Assembly (NCBI GenBank): GCA_040220235.1
Contig: JAVJTO010000153.1
Reading direction: 5' to 3' (one strand)
DNA length: 30,526 nt
From: Coleofasciculus sp. B1-GNL1-01
GTDB taxonomy: Bacteria > Cyanobacteriota > Cyanobacteriia > Cyanobacteriales > Coleofasciculaceae
Made by a program: the position numbers and the translations under genes. Shown here piece after piece: positions 10,027 to 16,965 of the stretch (position 1 is the first letter of the stretch; each line of letters begins with the position of its first letter). The notes below the pieces were generated by a model that did no database searches, was not told where the DNA came from, and worked only from the letters and a program-made list of their open reading frames with translations.

Positions 10027-11126
10027 AACTTTCCTCCCTTCAGACGGTAGGTTTCACTTTCTCCAATAACGTTGCTTACCGAGTCTGAGTGAGTGGTGAT
10101 AATAAACTGGCAGGTTGGCTCAATTTTCATAAGTTGAGCGACAAAATATTGAGCCGCAGGAGGATGTAAATTCAGGTCAACTTCATCAATTAAGACAATG
10201 GAATAAGCAATCTGTTGTCTCACAAATTCATACAAAAGAGGGAAGATAGACTGCTCTCCGGCTGACATTTCAGCAATGTCATAGGTTCTGTATCCATCGT
10301 TGAGCAAGAAATAAGTCTCTTCTTCGGTGGGAGAGTCTAAACTCGGACGCTGTTCTAACCCAGAAAACGAGCGATCTGGGAATACTGTTCTATACAATCT
10401 TTCTAGACGTAATAGATAACTATTGGCATAATCACCCATTCCTGAGTCCTGTTTACGACGCCAATCAATTAAATACCGTCGCAACCGCCCGACTCCCACC
10501 TCAAAGGAGGTTTCGCTACTGCGTTCTTTAAGGTGGTCTGCGCTGCTGTCTGGGTTGGAATTTGAGCCTAAGTTACGAAACTGGTCGAACCAAAAAATAC
10601 CTGGAAGTTTTAAAAAATAGTGTCGAACCGATTGATCGTTCTTTTTAATAAACCATTGGGCATAATATCTCCCCCTAAACTGAAGTTGCTCGGCGGGAGT
10701 ATTCCCAACTTTCCAAAAATCACCACTTAAAATTAGGTGAACTCTCTGGCTATCTCCAGGTTCAACAAACTTGTGTATTTCTTTAAACTCTGGCGATTGA
10801 GCCTCGTACCATTTCTGAGCCAGTTCACGAGTCGCATTGAGTTCTTCTGGTTCAAACAAAACCTGCATCTCAATTCTGGGATCTCCCCATCTCCAATATC
10901 GACCAGGAAGGAAGCCAATCCAGTCGAAATCAGAGATATCCTGAATCCGACCTGTTGCTAATGCTAATGGAAGTGCGATCGCCTGTAATAGAGTTGTTTT
11001 ACCTGTACCGTTATCACCTAAGATCAGATAGCGATCGCTAACTTCATCCAGAATCCCATTCTTGAATGAAATTTCTAGGTGATTAAACCGCTTAAAGTTT
11101 TGAATATGGATTGATTCAATTTTCAC
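10017..11126 (-). CDS. ABC-type ATPase (AAA_15/AAA_21; AriA/OLD-like)
   Basis: IHIQNFKRF, Walker A GDNGTGKT, signature MSAGEQ, Walker B/D-loop VLIDEVDLNLHP and H-loop IITTHS; no membrane partner nearby. Confidence 0.9.
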   Translation of the reverse strand: MKIESIHIQNFKRFNHLEISFKNGILDEVSDRYLILGDNGTGKTTLLQAIALPLALATGRIQDISDFDWIGFLPGRYWRWGDPRIEMQVLFEPEELNATRELAQKWYEAQSPEFKEIHKFVEPGDSQRVHLILSGDFWKVGNTPAEQLQFRGRYYAQWFIKKNDQSVRHYFLKLPGIFWFDQFRNLGSNSNPDSSADHLKERSSETSFEVGVGRLRRYLIDWRRKQDSGMGDYANSYLLRLERLYRTVFPDRSFSGLEQRPSLDSPTEEETYFLLNDGYRTYDIAEMSAGEQSIFPLLYEFVRQQIAYSIVLIDEVDLNLHPPAAQYFVAQLMKIEPTCQFIITTHSDSVSNVIGESETYRLKGGKLCL

Positions 11127-11179
11127 TTAATCATCCCCTATGACATCAACTATGAGTGGCTATCGGCGTTAAAGCGCAA

Positions 11180-12421
11180 CTACGAACTGGGTTCGATGCG
11201 GATCAGTTGTCCATTGGCTTCATCGGTGAGAATGTACAATAATCCATCCGGACTTTGGCGCACATCCCGCACCCGTTGACCGATATCGATGGATGTCTCA
11301 TTGACGACATTGCCGGATTCATCAAGTTCAATATGGCGGACATCCCGCGAAACCAATCCTCCCGCAAATAAATCGCCCTGCCACTGGGGGACGCGATCGC
11401 TATCATAGATAACTAGACCGGATGGTGCGATCGCGGGAGTCCAGATGAGTTTTGGATCGACCATTCCTGGACGAGATTGCTGATTTGAAATGATTCCCCC
11501 AGAATATTCTCGGCTATGGGTGACGAGGGGCCAACCGTAGTTTTCTCCCGCTTCGACGAGATTCAGTTCATCGCCGCCTCTAGCACCATGTTCTGTAGAC
11601 CAAATTCGACGGGTTTGGGAATCGAAGGTGAGTCCTTGAATGTTGCGATGTCCGTAACTCCAGAGGGCGGGATCAGCGTCTGGGGATTCGACGAAGGGAT
11701 TGTCATTGGGTATTGTACCATCGTCGTTGAGGCGGATAATTTTACCTAAATGACTGCGGCGGTTCTGCGCCTGTTTACGGATCAGATCACCGTCGAGTTG
11801 TACTGGTGGATTTCCCCCATCACCGATCGCGACTAACAGGGTATCGTCAGGTAACCACAGGATGCGGGAACCGAAGTGTTGTCCCCCGGATTTGAGTTGA
11901 GATACCTGGAAAATTACCTCGAAATCCTTAAGGGCGCTACCCTCAAATTTAGCACGGGCAACTCGTGTATGATTGGCTTGGCGCGTACCGTGGGAATAGG
12001 TGAGATAGACTAACGAATTCTCAGAGAAGCGGGGATGAAGGGAGATATCCATTAACCCACCCTGCTTCACCGCAAAAACCTCTGGCACCCCAGCGATTGG
12101 TGTGGGATCAAGTACCCCATCGCGGGCAATTCGCAGTTGTCCCGATCGCTCCGTAATCAGTATCGCACCATCGGGTAACCATGCCATCCCCCAGGGATGA
12201 TCTAACCCTTCGAGGACGGTGGTTTTCTGGACACCTTGAGGAGTGGCGACTGAATCAGCCGACGCTGTTGCATCTGGCGATGAGGAGGAATCCACCGATT
12301 CGGGTGGGGTTTGGGAAACGGTGGCGGTATCGGATGGAGGGGGAAATGCACAACTGGTGAGTGTCACGAGTGCGATCATACTCCCAGTTCGTTGGATCAG
12401 GCAAGCAATGTTGAGGTTCAT
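11180..12421 (-). CDS. PQQ-dependent sugar (glucose/sorbosone) dehydrogenase, predicted lipoprotein
   Basis: LDHPWGMAWLPDG, GGQHFGSR, YGHRNIQG, EHGARGGDELN, NYGWP and RVRDV motifs; lipobox LTSC followed by an S/P/T-rich linker. The 12481 start lies inside a transposon end, so the ATG at 12421 is preferred. Confidence 0.92.
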   Translation of the reverse strand: MNLNIACLIQRTGSMIALVTLTSCAFPPPSDTATVSQTPPESVDSSSSPDATASADSVATPQGVQKTTVLEGLDHPWGMAWLPDGAILITERSGQLRIARDGVLDPTPIAGVPEVFAVKQGGLMDISLHPRFSENSLVYLTYSHGTRQANHTRVARAKFEGSALKDFEVIFQVSQLKSGGQHFGSRILWLPDDTLLVAIGDGGNPPVQLDGDLIRKQAQNRRSHLGKIIRLNDDGTIPNDNPFVESPDADPALWSYGHRNIQGLTFDSQTRRIWSTEHGARGGDELNLVEAGENYGWPLVTHSREYSGGIISNQQSRPGMVDPKLIWTPAIAPSGLVIYDSDRVPQWQGDLFAGGLVSRDVRHIELDESGNVVNETSIDIGQRVRDVRQSPDGLLYILTDEANGQLIRIEPSS

Positions 12422-12466
12422 TATGATATTCCGTCTGATGCGGTATGTCTGGGCGTCTTTCCCACT

Positions 12467-12590
12467 GTGACATCCTCCCACACCAAATCAAAGATTATGG
12501 TGTGGGCTTCCCCAAATCACTTTGAGGATTTCCTGGTTTTTCCCCTTTGACACGAGCTTAGAGGGTTTCGACACTTGGATGGTTTTGGCT
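12467..12590 (-). mobile_element. Orphan right end of an IS200/IS605-superfamily (tnpB-type) element, probable omega/reRNA scaffold remnant
   Basis: The minus strand reads CAGGAAATCCTCAAAGTGATTTGGGGAAGCCCACACCATAATCTTTGATTTGGTGTGGGAGGATGTCAC. It has a subterminal hairpin CCCACACCA/TGGTGTGGG followed by AGGATGTCAC, the layout I recognise for tnpB element right ends. No tnpB ORF is present. Confidence 0.7.
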
Positions 12591-12591
12591 T

Positions 12592-12696
12592 TCACCAATC
12601 CCCGGTAGTAGGATGCAACAAGCAAAATGCTCGAAACCCAGGTATAGCAAGGGTTTCAATTTTGAAAATTGCCACGACCTAAATAGGATTGCTATA
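12592..12696. mobile_element. Degenerate MITE ending in AAATAGGATTGCTATA
   Basis: Right end GGATTGCTATA is weakly mirrored by TCACCAATCC on the left; it abuts the tnpB-type remnant. Confidence 0.45.
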
Positions 12697-12768
12697 TCCC
12701 TCCTTCATGCATCTTGATTTATATTATGGGTGATTTGCCGGACATCATATCATAGACCAATCACCAAT

Positions 12769-12819
12769 AAAAAAGAGAGCCACTCAAAGGACTCTCCCAA
12801 TTATCAGGGTGCATCTATC
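12769..12819 (-). ncRNA. NsiR1-like small RNA (about 50 nt)
   Basis: Minus strand has an extended -10 TG-A-TATAGT (12826-12834), then GATAGATGCACCCTGATAATTGG, then a GAGAGTCC/GGCTCTC hairpin and T6. TAGATGCACCCTGATAA matches my recollection of the conserved NsiR1 5' core; this was not database-verified. Confidence 0.65.
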
Positions 12820-12987
12820 TATCACACTATATCATTTTTGGCGTTAGGGGTGTCACCCCCCTTTCTAAAATTTTCCTAAGCTAGGTTCGTAGTCGGCACG
12901 AAGCTTGGCATTCCTGTTGACTCATCCTAAGCCAAGCCAAAGGGATGAAAACCTAGAATCATAATGGATATAATTATAGGATCATAG

Positions 12988-13121
12988 TATAGCGATCGCC
13001 TTTAAGTCGTGAGTTAAGACAATCCAGAATAAAGACGATCGCAACGACATAGCTCTGACTTCACCCAGATTCGTTTGCTCGCTCGTAGTAGGCACTTTAG
13101 TGCCATCAAGTCAGCGCTATA
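12988..13121. mobile_element. Possible degenerate MITE with TATAGCG...CGCTATA ends
   Basis: 7-bp terminal inverted repeat resembling other TATAGC-ended elements in this window; internal GTAGTAGGCACTTTAGTGCC hairpin. Confidence 0.35.
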
Positions 13122-13168
13122 ACTTTTCAGTTTGATTCAAAACCGCTTTAATCAACAGGGGTAAGATT

Positions 13169-16021
13169 ATGATTAGTTCTCATGATACCCGCACAGAGGA
13201 CACTCGCCCACTGAACCGTGATCCGAAAATCGAATCCGTTTGCCGATTCTTGGAGGATATCGAATCCCATTTTAAATATAAAACCCTTTTACATACCCAG
13301 CACCCGATTTCCCGTAAATCTCTCTATGTCCCGATTCAAGTCACCCGTGAACGCAATTATCGTCATGAGGTGGAAACCTTCTGGGGATACGCCGAATCAG
13401 AGGCTGAACTGAAACGCGCTTATGCGATTAAAAATCGCGACGTAGAAGCCAAGCGTTATCGGGTTCCCTGGGAACAGGCAAAGAAAAACTATCAACGCTT
13501 GATGGTTTTGGCTGATCCGGGAATGGGGAAAAGTGCGCTACTCCGCCGGGAAGCCGCATTAACGGCAGCCAGTGAACGGCAGAAATTGGTGGATGCTCAA
13601 ATTACCGTTGAGGATGTGGTTTTTCCCCTATTTATCCGCTTAGTGGATTTACATGAAACCGCTGATGATATCACGGTGGCGATCGCATCCCTGGTTCAAC
13701 GCGATTATCCCACAACCTGGGCAGATATTCAACCCTGGTTACAGGCGAAATTGCGTCAGGGGAAATGTCTGTTGTTGTTCAATGCATTAGATGAAGTTCC
13801 CAAACGCGATCGCAATGCCTTAGCCACGAAACTGAACCAATTCCTGGAAACCCATCCCTGTCCGATTATTTGTACCTCTCGGATTGTCGGGTATGGTGGC
13901 GCGTTTATTAATGGGGCAAAGGAAGTGGAAATTATTCCCCTGAGTCAACCCCAGATTGAACGATTTATTCATACCTGGTTTCAATATGGCACCGATTCAG
14001 AAAAAGACGGGATTTCGGCGGCTAGCTTAATTGAACAACTGCGACAAAATCCTCAACTGCGGGGCTTGGCACAAAATCCTCGATTACTTTATTTACTGTG
14101 CAGCTTATATTATGAGCAAGTTCTGACATTACCCGCCCGTCGCAGTCAAATTTATCAGAAAACCGTCGAATATCTCCTGAGTCAATGGACACATCATCGG
14201 GGGTCAGACAGTGGGGTGAAAATCCGCTTATTGGAAGATCTCGCCTATCAGTTTACCTGTAAAGGGCAGGAGGTGTTTGATTCCCAGGAATTGAAACAGG
14301 AAATCGCTAACGCCCTAGAACAGGATCAGGGGTTAGAACCCTTACGCCAACAAACCCCCGCCCAACTCTTGGTGCAACTGTCTGGAGAACAGGGGATTCT
14401 GCACCGCTTGACTCAAGAAGGCGATCGCTATGTGTTTATTCACCGGATTACGCAGGATTATTTAACCGCCTGTTATTTACAGCGGGTGATTCAAGAGAAT
14501 CCTAGTCAGGGTATGGCGTTGGTGAAAGCCCATTTGTGGGAGTATGATTGGCATCAAAGCATTAGTCTCCTGGCGGGGTTAATGGATGATCCGATTCCCT
14601 TATTCCAAGCCATTGTTCAGGAAAAAGATGATATCTTCTCGACCTTACTCCTGTTAACCGGACGGGCGATCGCTGAATGTCAGCAATTGTCTCATCCTTT
14701 AATTACCGAAGTGATTGACCACATTTATGACTTGTGGCATCATTACCCCTTTGTTGGCTTCATTGCCTCCACCGTTGTCGCCTTGGGGCAAACCAATTCC
14801 CAGATGGCAGAGACGTTACAGCAGGATTTGGATGAGAAACAGTATTATACCCGCAAGGATTTCGTCGCTGCGTTAATTGCCGCCTTGGGTCAAATTGGCA
14901 GTCCCTCCGCCGTCGCTACGTTAATTAAAGCCCTAAATCAGGGACCTTGGTATGTGCGCGGGGAAGCGGCGACTGCTTTGGGTTATATTGGCGATGCCGA
15001 AACCGTGAAAGCGTTAATCCCCGCCCTGCGGGATGAAGATAGCGTGGTTCGGGGTGAAGCAGCAGCGGCGATGGGGCGGATTGGCACATCGGCGGCGATA
15101 CAGGCGTTAATTATTGCCCTTCATGATAACGATAGTTATGTGCGGGGGGAAGCGGCGATGGCATTGGCGCAGATTGGCACACCGGAAGCCTTGCAGGAAT
15201 TGGTTAAGGTGCTGAATCACCCCGATAGCTTTGTTCGTTGGCAAGCCAGTGGCGCGATTCATCTGGAAAATCCCACAGTCGTGCAGGCGTTAATCCAAGC
15301 CCTGAATCATCCCCAGGATCAGATTCGGGAAGAAGCGGCGATGGTATTGGGGAAAATTGCCACCAAGGAAACCTTAGAGGCGTTAATTCCGGCGCTGCAA
15401 GATGCTGATCCAGTGGTGCGAGAAGAAGCGGCGGAAGCTTTGGCGCGTTCCGGGAATCCTCAGACGTTGGAGGTGTTAATTCCAGCGTTAGCGGATACTG
15501 ATCCGGTGGTGCGCCAGGAAGCAGCGGCGGCGTTAGGGCGGATGGGGACAACTCCGGCGTTAACCGCATTAATTCCGATTCTCCAGGATCAGGATAAACG
15601 GGTGCGAAAACAGGGAATTGAGTCATTGGGGAGAATGGGTACTCCAGCGGCGCTACAAGCGTTAATTCCCCTATTAAAGGATGGCGATGGCGATATCCGA
15701 GGCGCAACGGCGACAGCCTTGGGACGGATAGGTACTGCACCCGCATTACAGGCATTAATGCCCTTGCTAAAGGATAATGACTGGTTTGTTCGGGAGCAAG
15801 CGGCAATGGCATTAAGTCGGATTGGCACCCCGCAGACATTGGAGGCGTTGTTGCAATTCCCGACAACTGAGATTGAACGCCCGGAAATCTTGACCTTGAT
15901 TCGCACATTGGCGGTGCGGTTTAGTCGGGAGAAATCCCCGTTAGTGCCAGTGTATCCGGAGTTGGTGGGAGCCATGGGGGGATTCCGTCGGTTAGGGCGG
16001 AAGTTGAGTGGAAAGCGATAA
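13169..16021 (+). CDS. NACHT NTPase with C-terminal HEAT (PBS-lyase-type) repeats; bacterial NLR-like protein
   Basis: Walker A ADPGMGKS, PLFIRL, Walker B LLLFNALDEV, sensor ICTSR, LAQNPRLL and winged-helix YVFIHRITQDYLTA; about 11 31-aa repeats of the VRxxAAxALGxIG type. Confidence 0.92.
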   Translation: MISSHDTRTEDTRPLNRDPKIESVCRFLEDIESHFKYKTLLHTQHPISRKSLYVPIQVTRERNYRHEVETFWGYAESEAELKRAYAIKNRDVEAKRYRVPWEQAKKNYQRLMVLADPGMGKSALLRREAALTAASERQKLVDAQITVEDVVFPLFIRLVDLHETADDITVAIASLVQRDYPTTWADIQPWLQAKLRQGKCLLLFNALDEVPKRDRNALATKLNQFLETHPCPIICTSRIVGYGGAFINGAKEVEIIPLSQPQIERFIHTWFQYGTDSEKDGISAASLIEQLRQNPQLRGLAQNPRLLYLLCSLYYEQVLTLPARRSQIYQKTVEYLLSQWTHHRGSDSGVKIRLLEDLAYQFTCKGQEVFDSQELKQEIANALEQDQGLEPLRQQTPAQLLVQLSGEQGILHRLTQEGDRYVFIHRITQDYLTACYLQRVIQENPSQGMALVKAHLWEYDWHQSISLLAGLMDDPIPLFQAIVQEKDDIFSTLLLLTGRAIAECQQLSHPLITEVIDHIYDLWHHYPFVGFIASTVVALGQTNSQMAETLQQDLDEKQYYTRKDFVAALIAALGQIGSPSAVATLIKALNQGPWYVRGEAATALGYIGDAETVKALIPALRDEDSVVRGEAAAAMGRIGTSAAIQALIIALHDNDSYVRGEAAMALAQIGTPEALQELVKVLNHPDSFVRWQASGAIHLENPTVVQALIQALNHPQDQIREEAAMVLGKIATKETLEALIPALQDADPVVREEAAEALARSGNPQTLEVLIPALADTDPVVRQEAAAALGRMGTTPALTALIPILQDQDKRVRKQGIESLGRMGTPAALQALIPLLKDGDGDIRGATATALGRIGTAPALQALMPLLKDNDWFVREQAAMALSRIGTPQTLEALLQFPTTEIERPEILTLIRTLAVRFSREKSPLVPVYPELVGAMGGFRRLGRKLSGKR

Positions 16022-16061
16022 AACCCATTGGTCATTGGTCATTCGTAGGGACGGTAGGGTC

Positions 16062-16528
16062 TGTAGGGGCGACCCGCTTGGTTTGATGAATAACACCACT
16101 CCATTTAATTAAGTCGGGTCGCCCTGTCCTAGCGATCGCCTTTTCAGATATAGATAAATAAAATTAGGCGATCGCTCTCTAGTTAGTACATTCAAACCCC
16201 AATCATCGTCCTGTAGGGGCGACCCGCTTGGCTTAATTAACAACACCACTCCATTTAATTAGGTCGGGTCGCCCTATTCTCGCGATCGCACTCTCGGTTA
16301 TCAGGGTTGAATGGATATGCGATCGCCTTTTCAGATATAGATAGATAAAATTAGGCGATCGCTCTGTGGTTAGTACATTCAAACCCCAATCATCGTCCTG
16401 TAGGGGCGACCCGCTTGGTTTAATCAACAACACCACTCCATTCAATTAGGTCGGGTCGCCCTGTCTTGGTGATCGCACTCTCGGTTATCAGGGTTGAATG
16501 GATATGCGATCGCGTCGCCCTGTCCTAG
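16062..16528 (+). repeat. Tandem array of REP-like hairpin units (150 bp, 187 bp and a partial third) built from HIP1-bounded modules
   Basis: TGTAGGGGCGACCCG...CGGGTCGCCCT hairpins start at 16062, 16212 and 16399. HIP1 sites at 16132, 16168, 16282, 16319, 16355, 16469 (degenerate) and 16506. Confidence 0.92.
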
Positions 16529-16530
16529 TT

Positions 16531-16782
16531 TACTCACCAACGAGTCTTTAATACTCACCAACGAGTCTTTGATACTCGCCAACGAGTCTTTGATACTCGC
16601 CCATGAGTCTTTGATACTCACTCACGAGTCTTTGATACTCGCCCATGAGTCTTTGATACTCACCAACGAGTCTTTGATACTCACCAACGAGTCTTTGATA
16701 CTCACCAACGAGTGTTTGATACTCGCTCACGAGTGTTTGATACTCGCCCACGAGTGTTTGATACTCATCGAAGAGTCTTTAT
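16531..16782. repeat. 21-bp tandem repeat, 12 copies, consensus TACTCACCAACGAGTCTTTGA
   Basis: Twelve contiguous units counted, each containing ACTC-N6-GAGT. Confidence 0.95.
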
Positions 16783-16793
16783 CGCTCTTTTGT

Positions 16794-16874
16794 TGTAGTG
16801 CGTTTAGCGAAGCCATGCCGCAGGCTTTGCATCTTGCTCGCTACTAATACCCAATTTAAATGCATGACAGCTTA
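16794..16874 (+). repeat. Dispersed repeat TGTAGTGCG(A)GCATCTTGCTCGCTACT...TTAAATGCATGACAGCTTA carrying a small insertion
   Basis: Uninterrupted sister copy at 25684-25739; the 3' end is also found at 121-140. Confidence 0.8.
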
Positions 16875-16965
16875 GAACACTCAGGTGTCTCCCTGTCTCC
16901 GCGTCTCCCTGTCTCCCCATCACCCCCATTGGCTACAGTAAAAAAAGAGGATTCAAGGCTGGCTG

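Noticed and set aside
12422..12481. N-terminal extension of the PQQ dehydrogenase
   Set aside because: The start lies in a transposon-end hairpin, and the signal peptide length fits the ATG at 12421.
15204..16035. Antisense ORFs of 234 aa and 148 aa
   Set aside because: Shadow frames of the GC-rich HEAT repeats, with no motifs.
16062..16782. CRISPR array
   Set aside because: The sequence between the repeats is itself repeated, or only 6 nt long. There are no unique 30-40-nt spacers and no cas genes in the window.
16494..16847. Heptad ORFs (LILTNES)n on + and (EYQRLVG)n on - (16548-16751)
   Set aside because: Made entirely of repeats, with non-ATG starts and no unique domain. Not called as CDS, although translation cannot be excluded.
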